A program made the translations under genes and the position numbers. Below the pieces are notes generated by a model, which had not been told where the DNA came from, searched no databases, and saw only the letters and a list, made by a program, of their open reading frames with translations. A stretch of 63,990 bases of DNA, the filler included, from Lenisia limosa (lineage: Eukaryota; Protista; Breviatea): assembly GCA_001655205.1 (NCBI GenBank). It is 17 parts of 17 records of this genome, joined end to end, with 100 filler letters (N's around TTAATTAATTAA, not from the genome) between each part and the next. Parts side by side here need not be neighbours in the genome. Positions count along the whole stretch, not along the records: positions 36,373 to 39,052 come from LPNZ01006847.1; positions 39,153 to 41,627 come from LPNZ01002566.1; positions 41,728 to 46,351 come from LPNZ01011650.1; positions 46,452 to 47,927 come from LPNZ01005504.1; positions 48,028 to 49,254 come from LPNZ01007195.1; positions 49,355 to 56,815 come from LPNZ01003955.1; 11 more parts are not named here. The stretch is one strand, 5' to 3'. Below are positions 36,373 through 49,370 of this stretch, piece after piece; within the stretch, counting starts at the first letter, position 1; each line of letters starts with the position of its first letter.

Positions 36373-38700
36373 GTCTGCTGATGGCGGAGTACCCCGTAGC
36401 CCCACGATACGCTAAAATGTGGGAGGGGAGATGATTGATTGTTTTTATTATAATTATTATTTATTATTGTTATTATTATTATTATTTATTTTTTAAAGTT
36501 TTATTATTGTTATTGTTTATCATCCAAAAACACCAACACCCCTCCACAGAGTTGATTTTGGTACTTTTTTTTGTTTCATACAGTATATTTTCCAATTTTA
36601 CTNNNNNNNNNNNNNNNNNNNNNNNNNNNNNNNNNNNNNNNNNNNNNNNNNNNNNNNNNNNNNNNNNNNNNNNNNNNNNNNNNNNNNNNNNNNNNNNNNN
36701 NNNNNNNNNNNNNNNNNNNNNNNNTCAGGTCTGTGGGGGCTTCCCTACAGTCCTATAATATTGGTATTAATGTCAAGAAATTCGGTCTCTTCTATGACCG
36801 TAGAATCACAAGTTATATTAATAGGAGGGGGTATCAAGTTTAAGATGATTGGCTTACGGAGGTGATATTGTGTTATTCTGGGATAGTGTGTCATTCTGGG
36901 GGTTCATTGCACTGTGCATACATCAGAATCTTGAATTTCTCATTTCCCTTGCATTACCGCCCATTTCACCCCGTTAGACTCCTCGATATCACGTCGACGT
37001 TCGGCGAGGTTACTATGGACAATTTACAGGAGAGCAAGAGGACGGTGGCTGACACGCTTGGCCATGCGAAACAGAAGCAATCGGTGGGGGGGTAAAGGAA
37101 GGTTAACAGAAAGGGAAACAGTGGCAAAAGCAAAAATGAGAGTTAAAAAGCAACAAAAAGCATAAGGAAAGGTGGTATTCGGGGATGCTGTTGCACAGTC
37201 CCAACATCCCCGGATTAAGTGGGAGAGAGGCACTCGTCCTATCATCTCATTCCTATTATTGGAAGGGGGAGTTATTAGGAGAGAACAAGGCAAAACCCAA
37301 ATACCTTGCGGACCGGACGAGTGGGGATCCTCATCCTCAATAAAGAAAGGGGGAGGGGATCTGAAAAAACAGGCTTATAAACCCGGACACCATAGAGTAA
37401 GTAGGCCTGTTTTTTGAAAAACTAGAACCGGTTTGCACTCAGTCGAAAATACAGATTGTATTATTGTATTGTACTAGTTATCTTCTTGTTCTTTTCTTAT
37501 TTTCTCTGTACAGAATGCGTACTGTTTGTATTTGTCTTACCTTTAATTACTTGATACATCTAGCATTCTTTTTCTTAAAAAAAGATAAAAAAAAAAACAA
37601 AATGTTCTTCGTCATTTCTTTCTCGTTACAGCTGTTTCCTGTACCAAGGAGTTATTCCGATACATGTCTTCGTAAAACAATACAGTTTATAATAGCAATG
37701 TTTTCAATTCTTGTTCCTCCTCATTGTATCCCAATTTTTTTTATTTTTTTTTTAAGAAAAAAGAAAGAAAAAATCCTTACAGTATCAGGTCTTCAAGCAC
37801 CCCTCCAGCGACCTTCTTACGATGTTGAACGCAGTGGCGGCCTCCTCTAAGGCGGCCAACCTCGAGACCTTCTGCAAAGAAAACTTCCTTCATTACAAGG
37901 TGGGCGGGGATATTTAGATTATTCGGTTCGTGATTAGTACCAACCTTTACGCCAATATTCTTCATCGAATTTTACCCCCCACCCTCCCCCAGTCCCTGCA
38001 AGAAATCCATCTCCTACGCAGTCAGCTCACTCGTTTGGCTAACGTTAACTCGAGCCTTGCCATCACAGAAACCGACATCACAACCGTCAAGCCGCAGCAT
38101 GTGGGAGGGGGTTGTTGTGTGTTGTCAGCCAACAAAGTTGATTTTGGCTTCTTTTTGTCTTTTTTTTTTCATAAATTTTCCAATTTTACTCACCCCCCCC
38201 CCCCCNNNNNNNNNNNNNNNNNNNNNNNNNNNNNNNNNNNNNNNNNNNNNNNNNNNNNNNNNNNNNNNNNNNNNNNNNNNNNNNNNNNNNNNNNNNNNNN
38301 NNNNNNNNNNNNNNNNNNNNNNNNNNNNNNNNNNNNNNNNGTGAGTTCTTGTTAGTATCTTTATTATCATTGTTATTATCTTTATTATCATTGGGGTTGG
38401 TAATTCTTTTTTCATGCTGCTATTCAAATATGGATCCCCATCTTTGATTTCGGGCTTTTTTGTTTCACAAATTTTCCAATTGGCTTGTTTTTTGTTTGGA
38501 GTTTTCGGTTCGTAATTAGTACATTATTCCTCATCAAAATTTCCTTCGTTTTACCCCCCCCCCCTAGGTTCCAGTCAGTTGACCCCTCTCTGCCGCTTGC
38601 CTCCCTTGAACGTTCGTCTGTTTTGCAGAAGAAGAACCCAGCTTATGTGTGCTACACTGAGATTGTTGTCAACCAGAACGGCAATACTATCATTAAGGGT
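36373..38700 (+). CDS. DHX37: DEAH-box RNA helicase C-terminal region (HA2 + OB fold), DHX37/Dhr1-like
   Basis: Exons LLMAEYPVAPRYAKM; VFKHPSSDLLTMLNAVAA...FCKENFLHYK|SLQEIHLLRSQLTRLAN; LERSSVLQKKNPAYVCYTEIVVNQNGNTIIKG. Confidence 0.75.
37900..37992 (+). repeat. Representative G-run/C-run intron carrying shared block B
   Basis: 93-nt intron GTGGGCGGGG...AGATTATTCGGTTCGTGATTAGTACCAACCTTTACGCCAATATTCTTCATCGAATTTTACCCCCCACCCTCCCCCAG. The same block lies in the DYNC2H1 intron 14515-14742. Confidence 0.8.
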
Positions 38701-39299
38701 GGGGGGATTCTGGGGTTTTGGGGGCGCCAAGGAGCGTGGGCGCGCGGAAGTATGATAATTTGTTTATGGTATCCCTATGTACACTCATAATACATATTTA
38801 TTTGTTTCCATAGATTTCTAAGGTGTCATATATAGGGCTTCACTTCGGTTCGAAATAAGCCAAGAAAACTATCGATATTTCACCGGTCTTTTTCGAACGA
38901 AATATTATTTATCTTGTTCAAAAAATTCAAAAAAAAAATCCAGAGTTGATTTTGGCTTTTTTTTTGTTTCATCAATGTTCAAATATTATTCCCACCACCA
39001 CTATATTTCATAACACACATATAACCACCCACCAACTCCACAATATAACATANNNNNNNNNNNNNNNNNNNNNNNNNNNNNNNNNNNNNNNNNNNNTTAA
39101 TTAATTAANNNNNNNNNNNNNNNNNNNNNNNNNNNNNNNNNNNNNNNNNNNNATATACACACTGTATACTATCTATATCATATATTATACATACATAGTA
39201 TATCAAGACCCCCGCCACCAAAGAATACTAACAAAAACCACTGTGTTGGAATTAACATGTATGAATGCAAACAATTTTTGACAAGCTGACGCTTTTTAT

Positions 39300-41430
39300 T
39301 GTGTAGGTTAACCAGGTGATCGGTATAATACATGGAGTTTGAATTTTGGGGTGTATGCAAAAACGTATCAAACCTCAAGACCGACTTGTCAAACCTATTT
39401 ACTTATAAACACCCACAAAAGAAGTTGCGTTGTATGAAGAAGCTCCCGGAACTCACGGGGTAATAGACCTTCCGCAAAGCTCTTAGTATATAACATCAAA
39501 AATCATTGCTGTACACTGCGCAACATTATATGATAAAAACTCTGATATTCAACTATCGAGGATTTGGTTTGTTTTCAGAGAGATATATGGACGGTGTGAT
39601 ATATGTTTTTTCTATTTTCACCCAAGTTCGACAAGAAACAAGAGATTAAAGAAGTTTACTTCGCTTCTCATGTTACAACATTATTTCCTTCAAAATACAC
39701 CAAAAACAAGGAATGGGCATTAATATTTTTTATTGTATCTAGCCGAAGCCGAAGCCGATCACGCCTAAAAGAGGTATTAAATTATAGAATACTAATTCAA
39801 TCTCTAACAATCCTATAATTCAACCAATCATTTTACAACTCTGTCACAGCTTTCTGCATGCCTCCCCAGCATATTAATTCACCTAATCATTTGCCTTACA
39901 GCTCTGTGCACACAGCTTTCTGCGTGCCGGCATATCCACCATGATTGAGGAATATCCACCATGAATAACAAAAGCTAAGCAAAACAAGAAAACACAAGAA
40001 GAAAGCACACGCTGCTGTTGAAATTAGTTGAGGTTGTGTGTGAAGGCATTTTCAGTGAACACAGCCTTTTCGGTTGTGAGAGCCACATATCTAGACTGGT
40101 TAGGGAGATCAAATGCTCGTCCACCTCCTGCGATTGAGTATTACAATAATGCAAAATATCTCAAAATGACGAATCACCTCCCCCCATACTCCGGCAGTTT
40201 CTGCCTTACTGCAAGCCATTCTGGTGAGCGTTCATAGTAATAGCCCCGTAAGACGAAGTTCGCCTCTTTGGCGGAACCGTCTTCGACTTTCATTGTTACT
40301 TGTACGGTGGTTGTTGCGTTCTGAATGAAATGAAACACCCAGAAAGCGAGTTTTTATCCCCCCACCCCCTTACGGTCAGAATAGTATATGTATACAATAA
40401 CTTAGTATATGTACAATATATATATATCTTATATAGCTATATCATAGTATATATATACGTGCTATATGAATAGGGTTTCACTTCGGTTCGAAAAAAGACT
40501 GAATTTCTCGAAACATCCTCGAAAACTATCGATATTATACCTGTCTTTTTCGAACCGAAGTGAATCCCAAGTTATCACAGTTCTTATGAGGGCAATTTTA
40601 ATGGTTTTATGTTGTCCCATATCCACTAGTGATATCGAGAAATACTCGAAAACTATCGATATTATATCGGTCCTTTTCGAACCGAAGTAAAGCCTTATGT
40701 ATGAAATATCAAAAAAACAACATATTACGAGGTCTTATTGAATTGGATATCTATAAACCCTGGGTATACTATCACCCCAAACAGTAGCAAGGTACGGCTG
40801 CGTGTTCTGGATTAGATAACCGCCGCCCTCCTCATTATCGCGTTTTGTGGGGTTGGTCACAGAATACGATCCCACCTAAAACAAAATTAATGTATTATGA
40901 GTTTGCTTTAAAATATAATTACAATTTTTAATACCTAGAAAAGAAATTAAAAAACAAGTCTCCAAAATAAATATTTTGTTACATTTTTGATTAAAAAATA
41001 TACTGTGATTTTGAGAGTCCTCCCCATATCAACAAATAGCAATGAAAAATCTTATTTTACCCAATCTCTTGCCTACCAACTCTTTGCACAGGTCGTTATT
41101 TACGATAATAATTACAGGTATTGGAATATGTTCCAAGCAAAAGAAATACAACGTACCGCCAAATGTTGAAGTGTAACCCCTTGGATTTCCAGTTCCCAAA
41201 TGAAGGCACCATGATTCTCAATGGTCACTCTAATTCGGGTTAAAACACGATTTAGCTGCAAACGTGTGGTTAAGATTTAGAGAATGACACCACAAAAAGA
41301 ACAACCTTACCACAGTATCACATAGAAGGAAGTTGGAATATTTGTGTGCAATAACAAGAAGAATAAAAAAGGGTATGCAATTGCAAACTGGCTCGGTCGA
41401 AGGACAAAAGAACCGGAACCGACCGGCGGA
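39300..41430 (-). CDS. Multi-exon gene fragment, unknown
   Basis: GT/AG-bounded exons such as VGSYSVTNPTKRDNEEGGGYLIQNTQPYLATVW (about 40760-40860) and NATTTVQVTMKVEDGSAKEANFVLRGYYYERSPEW (about 40185-40325). Confidence 0.4.
40471..40570. mobile_element. ~96-bp MITE family (TA-flanked, TIR GGGCTTCACTTCGGTTCGAAAAAGAC); representative copy
   Basis: Other copies at about 14292-14373, 32912-33007, 35218-35312, 38833-38900, 40630-40696, 45463-45545, 47543-47642, 48353-48452 and 53773-53857. All share TIR sequence and the core CTCGAAAACTATCGATATT. Confidence 0.85.
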
Positions 41431-41478
41431 ATGTAAGTAATTATTATTGACAAAATTGAACCAAAGCTGAATTATATA

Positions 41479-41548
41479 CAGTGACCGGGTTAGCAGATTT
41501 GCATGTGATTTCCCAAGGAAAAACGGTCAAGACTTATCCCGGTCACTG
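41479..41548. mobile_element. 70-bp mini-element with CAGTGACCGGG inverted termini
   Basis: TA-CAGTGACCGGG ... CCCGGTCACTG; a 30-bp segment is identical at 15235-15264. Confidence 0.55.
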
Positions 41549-41727
41549 TGTCAATCGTCGGCCAACAGTTATCAGGGAAATGATTAAACGAATTAATGTT
41601 ATCGATAACTTTCTCTTTTAAGCGTGANNNNNNNNNNNNNNNNNNNNNNNNNNNNNNNNNNNNNNNNNNNNTTAATTAATTAANNNNNNNNNNNNNNNNN
41701 NNNNNNNNNNNNNNNNNNNNNNNNNNN

Positions 41728-44700
41728 AACACTCGAAGTCCATGGTGTCCAATGCGTCTGGTGTGACATTGTCCTCAGCACCGCGCCAAGTATGCTTGGC
41801 ATGGATATTGTCGTATAACTTCACAAGGATATGGCAGGTCATATGATCTTATTTATAAATAGTATATTTTCTACCCACCGTCAGCTTCTTACCCCCCTCC
41901 CCCAGGATAGTGAAATTGCCGCTGTAGGGTTTCATTTTGAGGCTGTGGAGAGGCTGAAGAAACTCTTCGAAGCATGGGATGCGGTAGGTTGCGTGCGTGC
42001 GTCTTTCCGAAAGTTGTATTATCATGCATTTCATCACATACATTAAAGAGGGTCTTTTTTTGAGTCACCCGGAACCCCTGTGAACAGCATTCCAATGCAT
42101 TTTTTCTGAGTTTTCACATTCCAGATTCTACTCAAACATCCGAACATCTTCAAACTGGAGAATGTGGATCACAGCTACGTCATTGTTGCAGGCATGCCGC
42201 GATACAGCAAAGGACAGGTACGCATTTCTCTAATGTAATTATCTTTGAGACAGAATAATATATTATACATATATTTGATGTTACGTTCGGTTTATAACCG
42301 TTGACACCACAGGCTAAGTATGCGATGAATTGTGTTGACGACCTGCTGAAAGTCGCCAAGCAGCAGAAGGGAAATGAAGTCAAAGTAACCGGGCGGTATT
42401 AATAACACCTCATTGGCAAATATCACTCTTGTTCTAACCATCAGGTTGGCCTCCACTCCGGACAGTTGGTTGCGGGCATTGTCGGAGATACCCACCCCCG
42501 CTTCAAGGCTTTCGGCAATACAATGAACTACGCTTCCAGGTCAGTGCAACGACTGATTATTACAGACACCATTCTCGTGTATACTTTTAGCTCTTGGATG
42601 ATTTCCCCCACTATTCAGGATGATGACGCTCTCTGATTGGGGCCGCGTGCAGGTGTCTGCTGACTTCTTCAACAATGCTCCAGACAGCATCAAAATGAGA
42701 TGTCGTGAAAGAGGTTTGTTTCGGTTATTTGTCGATTTATGTGTTCTTATCAATGTTGGTCACCCCCCCCCCNNNNNNNNNNNNNNNNNNNNNNNNNNNN
42801 NNNNNNNNNNNNNNNNNNNNNNNNNNNNNNNNNNNNNNNATCATATTGGGTAATATTGACAGGAACGATTTTCGTCAAGGGCAGTGGCAACGACCTGACG
42901 TACTGGGTCAGCCCCTTGAATGCGATGGGGATGGGGCGCTCCACAACATGGCAGCGCGGACTGTCAGGGTCTCTCATGACACCGCCTGAATCTCCAGCAA
43001 AAAACACGCGTGGGTGGCCTGGTGATCGTAGCTTTTTTATTTCGCTTTTGTACTTTCCTGTGTACGAGATAGAAATATCAAAGGATATCAAACTACCGCT
43101 GAATTTGACCCATTTAGCGCCAGCGACTCCTCCTCACGCGCTATCTTCACGCCAACAGCTCTACAAGCCTGCGCAACAGACAATGGTGGAGGACACGTCA
43201 TACTCAAATCAGCCGTCCGAGAGAGCCTCCACCATCGCTCCAATCTGCCATAAAGGTGTGTGGTTGTGTCTGGACTTCACTTCAGACCAAAATAACGCAA
43301 GATCTCGCAATATGTTTAATATAATGAGTCAAGTCCACAGGATGACACCCTCGTTTGAGACCAATTATCACATTCTTCTATAGAATTTGAAGCTAAGATT
43401 TTTAATTCTGGTCTCTACAGCTCTTCACAACACTACCAGTGGAAGGTCTGCTTAACACTGTAGAAAGTGCCATTGGAGCCCATAAGGACTACGTTGCCAT
43501 CCAGACCTTGGGAGGCAAGGCGTTCAGAGAGCCGGTGATCGAACGCATTTACATGAAACTGCGCCAATCTAACGTTGCCAAAGCCAAAGTGGGCTTTGCA
43601 ATAGCAGGGTAATACAAGAGTTTTGATATGAAATGAATAAGAATGGGGCTTTTTTTGTCATGCATATTAATATTTGGCAGGGCTTTCAGGAACTCAGTAT
43701 AGTTTGGGAGCTGAAATGAAGCTATTCACCTAACATTCAACTATTTAGCTCTACATCCCACTGGCATACATCTTTTGGTTCGTGACTCACCTCGACCTTT
43801 TCAGTACAAATTCTTATGCAGCAAGTGTGTGGGGTCATGTCATATACAGTACATCATAAGAGATAAACAATTGCCTTTGTTTCTTCTTCCCGTCTCTTGC
43901 ATCTCGGACAGTTGATAATGTGAGATTTATTCACATTGGTGGAGTCGACAACTGACACCTGTGTAGTGTACATCATCGGTGGAACTGTCAGTAACCTTTT
44001 CATGTTTTGTGTATGTGGGGGTGTTGAATGCGTGTACATGGAGTTGGAGGGCAACGCTTGTTTTTCAGAACATCTCTTACCCTATTCTTGCTTTACTGTT
44101 ACATTTGCGTATTTTCTCATTTCAAACACAGCACGTTCCTCCACTGTTCTGTGTTCTAACCAGTTAGTTGAGCCTTGTCACGAACCGACATACCCTCCTT
44201 GCCCCCGTATTCGACCTCATTGGCACCTCGCTGGTCAACTTCGCCGTGTTCCCGGCCTTGCTGCTGGCCAGTCGCCAATGGATTAAGGTGAAAGAGCATT
44301 GCCATAAATCTCCCCAATCAATCACTCTTTTCCCTGGTACAAAGATACCCCCCCCCTCTTCCCCTTTCAATGAGCATTTTTCCGGTTTACTTGTCTCAAC
44401 CACACAGGACGAAAACCCAAACGCCATCATGGCCAACGACGTTGACGGCCACGAGTACGCGGTGGCTGAGATGACTGCTGGCATCGCGGGCGTCCTCATT
44501 ATCTTCGTACACTACCGAGCGTTCCAGGTTTGTCTCCCAAGGGTGTCACTTTTCCTTATTGTTCATGTTGACGACATATCAGATTTACTAGGCTTCTTAG
44601 CACTGAGCAGTAGAATAGACATGATTGACAGCTTCGGCTTGAGGCATTATTTGGTTGCTTTCCCCTATTACACTAACACGCTTAGTCGGTGCCCTTCCTC

Positions 44701-46227
44701 ACAATGTCGGTCATCTCACTGTGGTTTTACATTTGGTACTCTTTCCCGGTAGCAAGCCCCGTTATGCTCAGTGAGCTCTTGTTCTTATCAATGACCAAAT
44801 TGAAATATTCTTTTGATAGACCGTAGGGGGCATTTAATTGATCTTCCGCATTATCACAAAAATATCCAATTATAGAGCTACCTCATACACACCATCATCC
44901 CCCATTCCATGACCTTGGCAGTTTCCTTCCTGGCTGTTGTGGCGTGGCTGTTTACGCGATTTGCGCGTACCTTGGACGGCAGTTGGAGGTCCATCTTCAT
45001 CCTTTCCGAAGCTCTTGGTGCTGAGCTGAATAGAAACACTGATTTGGTGAACATGGCATCCTATTATCTTCAATATTGGAACCTCAGTAGTGAATGTGTT
45101 CATAGCGCTCTTGACATCTTGATGTTAATATCGCAGCTGCTCATGCTCCTCCCTGTGCACGTTGTGGAGCCAATGCTGATCTCTTCTGCGTCAGAAGCTG
45201 TTGCGGACTATTTCGACGACATAACCGTCATGCAGGTTGGGGGGGTACTGTACGGGCTTAATGGCTCAAATGGAAGCTATGTGCTGATTATTAAGGGTTT
45301 GAAACGTTAGCTGACATATTAGGCTGACGCTGTTGGCTTCACGAGGATTGCGTCTACAATTACTCCTTTCCAAGTGGGTGTTTTCTCTTGATACTTCAAA
45401 TATTCTTCTATCTGGCTGATTGAAATCTTGAAGCGGTACAAATGAGCTTATTGAAGTATGATTAGGGCTTCCGGTAAAATATCGATAGTTTTCGAGGATT
45501 TATCGAGAAATTCAGTCTTTTTTTTGGGAGAGCAGGAAAGCCCTAGTTGTGATAATTTCAACTTTCCTGAGGTGAACTTTTTCTTCCATTTCCACATATT
45601 TCACCCCCCCCCCCCNNNNNNNNNNNNNNNNNNNNNNNNNNNNNNNNNNNNNNNNNNNNNNNNNNNNNNNNNNNNNNNNNNNNNNNNNNNNNNNNNNCCT
45701 CCCAACTCGACTGTTACCATATCTGTACCATTGGAGGTGAGACCACCATGACCTTTCATTGCTGTAACTCTTTTCTTTTGAGACAAAGCTCTCAGGAAGC
45801 ACAACAAGTACTTCAGCCTGCTAATACTCTTTGTCTGGAATTCCACATGAGATCCGCTTCACCATGATCCACTTATCCTGCATTACCTTATTTGGAACCT
45901 ACTTTACCACCATTCAGACGCCTACCTTGTCACAGCTGGAATCCCAAACACTGCGGAAAGCCACACTGTGACCATTGCAAGTATGTAGAGAGTCTGTGAC
46001 TATCTAGATACTCGGTATTTGATTTGTTGGATTCAACTCGCTGACTTGCAACTGACAAGCTCCTTTTTTTTTTGAATACTAGTTTTGCTAATGTCATGGG
46101 ATAGCAGAACATGGATATGACCCATCAGGCCTATGCATTATGATGCAAATGTCGTTGAAGGAACTCGGGGCTGAATTTGCCAAAAACAAACTGCCAGAAT
46201 TCATCATGCGCATTGGCTTCGCAAGTG
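41728..46227 (+). CDS. Membrane class III nucleotidyl cyclase (C1-TM-C2), probably guanylyl cyclase; partial at both ends
   Basis: C1: LKKLFEAWDA|ILLKHPNIFKLENVDHSYVIVAGMP...VGLHSGQLVAGIVGDTHPRFKAFGNTMNYASR|MMTLSDWGRVQVS...IFVKGSG. Hydrophobic exons follow at 44170-45130. C2: LLMLLPVHV...DDITVMQ|ADAVGFTRIAS...YHICTIG|DAYLVTAGIP...MRIGFASG. Confidence 0.85.
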
Positions 46228-47130
46228 GTATGTGGACGTTTGTTGTAGATTCTGTGCTTAAATTATACTTACAGCGAGGGCATTTTTATGATTCATACAG
46301 TATATATGTGATGGTGCTATTACTGACATTTTACATTTGCCTATACATTTCNNNNNNNNNNNNNNNNNNNNNNNNNNNNNNNNNNNNNNNNNNNNTTAAT
46401 TAATTAANNNNNNNNNNNNNNNNNNNNNNNNNNNNNNNNNNNNNNNNNNNNGGGTTTTACTCCATGAGTTTACTTCATAAATTTTCCATCTACCCCCTTC
46501 TCCCCTCCCTCGGCTGGCTCGGACTATGTGCTGTATTTTTGTCATCAGATTTGTGTCTTGTTTTGGCGAGGGTTGTTCTTTTTAATTCCTTTAAAATTTC
46601 TGTTGTTTATTTGGAGTTTCACATTATTTGGTTCATTATTAATACCTTTACTGACCTTATTCTTTACATCTTTTACAGGAGTGACTAGTCTAGGCGTTGT
46701 TTGTTTTTGTTTCATAAATTTTCCAATTTTAAACTTCAATATTTTTCTTCAAAATTTCCTTCGTTTTACTCCGTACGTTGGAGTGATGGGATGCGGTGCT
46801 GCGCTGGCCTGAGCTTTGTTTGTTTTGTAATTAAACCTCGTATGTTGTCAGCTAAAAGAGTTGATTTGGGCTTTTTTTTTTATTCATAAATTTTCCAATT
46901 TCACCCNNNNNNNNNNNNNNNNNNNNNNNNNNNNNNNNNNNNNNNNNNNNNNNNNNNNNNNNNNNNNNNNNNNNNNNNNNNNNNNNNNNNNNNNNNNNNN
47001 NNNNNNNNNNNNNCAGACAGCGCACAAAGAATCCTTTCAGACACACCCAGTCCTGGAGGTGGGGAGGCTTCTCCTGGAGGTGGGGAGGCTTATTATGCTA
47101 TGTGTGAAATCTGTGTTAATTGATTGCTTT

Positions 47131-47200
47131 GATTGCTTTGAATGCTTCGATGTGTGAATTGAATGCTTCGATGTGTGAATTGAATGGTTTGATGTGTGAA
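47131..47200. repeat. ~21-bp tandem repeat (GAATGCTTCGATGTGTGAATT) x3
   Basis: Directly visible. A (TACAACCTTGTT)x4 array is nearby at about 47743-47790. Confidence 0.85.
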
Positions 47201-47403
47201 TGCATTCTAGTTCACACAGCTACCAAGAGGTGTCTATTTATATTTGTGGAGGATCATATGACTCACTTTAGAGTCAAAAATGATGAACGAAGATGACACG
47301 ACCCCCCCCCCCCCTTNNNNNNNNNNNNNNNNNNNNNNNNNNNNNNNNNNNNNNNNNNNNNNNNNNNNNNNNNNNNNNNNNNNNNNNNNNNNNNNNNNNN
47401 NNN

Positions 47404-47536
47404 GGCTTCGTGCAATTAATTGAAAAATATAATTGCAAAATTTGAAGTGCGACATATTTTCATGTCAACTCAATTTGAGACTCTAATTTCAAATTTTGTC
47501 AATTAATTTCTTCAAAAAATTAATTGCACGGAGCCC
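47404..47536. mobile_element. ~135-bp MITE with TIR GGGCTCCGTGCAATTAAT
   Basis: Inverted termini with one mismatch; partial related copy at 12885-12920. Confidence 0.7.
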
Positions 47537-48749
47537 AACAATGAGGGCTTCCCTGCGGTCACAAAACAGACTGAATTTATCTATAAATCCTCGATAAATA
47601 TCGCTATTTTCACGGTCTTTTTTGGACCGAAGGGAAGCCCTACACACAAGATCAAAAAGTACGTATCATTGCAGGGAAGGAACGCAGAAAGCTGGTGCAC
47701 AGAGTTGTAAGGCAAATTATTGGGTGATATACTTCAATAGATACAACCTTGTTTACAACCTTATTTACAACCTTGTTTACAACCTTGTTTTTTATTTCTC
47801 ATTGCTATTACATCATATCATATTATAGATATCTGTACAGTTCTCATAAGTGCGATGGCTTCGGCCAGATCCTACTAATTTATTCTTTTTATTTTCTACA
47901 CTCCTCACTGGGGCCGGGGGGGGGGGGNNNNNNNNNNNNNNNNNNNNNNNNNNNNNNNNNNNNNNNNNNNNTTAATTAATTAANNNNNNNNNNNNNNNNN
48001 NNNNNNNNNNNNNNNNNNNNNNNNNNNTGGCTTTGGCCAGATACAACCTTTTTTTGTATTTCTCGTTGCTATATATACCGTAGGATATGTTGTGATGGGA
48101 TTGTCCCATCGCAGCCAGTTAGTTATTATGCATATGGTATGATATATAGAGATTAGACATTAAAATATACTGTATAGCATTAGGGGGGGTGGGATATAAT
48201 AGGTTTTGAGTAGTTCATTTATCCATACTCGCCCTCATATTAATTTGACTCTTTACACAACTTTTGTCTCATATTAAGTTGACCCTTTACCCAGCTAATT
48301 TCTCCAGATATGTTCGGCAACGAGAAAGAAGCTCGTAATGTTGGTGGATTCTTAGGCTTTCCCTCCTGTCCGAAAAAGACCGAGATGATACCGATATTTT
48401 CTCGAGGATTTATCGAGAAATTCAGACTCTTTTCGGACTGAAGTGAAGCCTTCCTGCAACTTGATTTTGTTTTCTTTACCCCCTTCATTTTTCCGATATT
48501 TCGCATTAGTGCACTCCAAGCTACTTGTTGTTTCTTTGGGGTCATACCTCCCTCGGGACGGCAAAGTACACAAGCTTGATATGCGTGCATTTTTGCCTGA
48601 TTTGAGTGCGTATTGCCTATAATATACGCATTATTCAAAACCTATAAGGTTTTTTTTATTATGTTTTTAAGTAATAATTATATGTGTAGTCTGTGATTAT
48701 GTGCATCAAAGAACTTTTTTTTTGAACTTGTTGACGACATATGTTGCTA

Positions 48750-49254
48750 ACTTCGCCTCTGATGAGAGAAAATTTTAAAAGAGAAAGGTAAAATAACCCA
48801 AACCTTGAAGAGTGATACATCTTGAAGGTGGGACTCGAGGTCCAGTAGTCTTTGCATTGACGACAAATTTGGAAGCCATCTAATTAAATGAAAATATGTC
48901 AGCATCAAAAAAAAACCCTTTTCTCCACGGTGTAAATAAACTTGAGGGCTCTTCGCAAGCTTCGATCTGGTATCTTTCAACACCTTTCCGAATGGTTCCA
49001 GATTTGAAGATGTCACCAAACCGCTCAACAACCGCTTTGCGTGACGGTCAACAAGAGATGTGGGTCTATTGGACAAATTGACTCTGTGAACTGCGTTGTT
49101 GCCATTTTTACTGGCTACTTCTTCACAAAGCAACCACCAATTTTCACAGCCTTTGGCAACGTGTACGCGCAGTGTAGTTCGAAAGTGGAAATTTGGTGGG
49201 AACTCCTCCAGCTTTTGCTCAATGGCGGGGATATCTTCATCAGGTTCTTCAGCC
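48750..49254 (-). CDS. Gene fragment, unknown
   Basis: AEEPDEDIPAIEQKLEEFPPNFHFRTTLRVHVAKG plus a downstream open segment. Confidence 0.3.
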
Positions 49255-49370
49255 NNNNNNNNNNNNNNNNNNNNNNNNNNNNNNNNNNNNNNNNNNNNTT
49301 AATTAATTAANNNNNNNNNNNNNNNNNNNNNNNNNNNNNNNNNNNNNNNNNNNNCCCCCCCCCCCCCCAG

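Noticed and set aside
40481-40495. Pol III B-box-like GGTTCGAAA in the MITE TIR (tRNA-derived SINE)
   Set aside because: There is no A-box or tail, and the motif is mirrored at both ends as part of the TIR.
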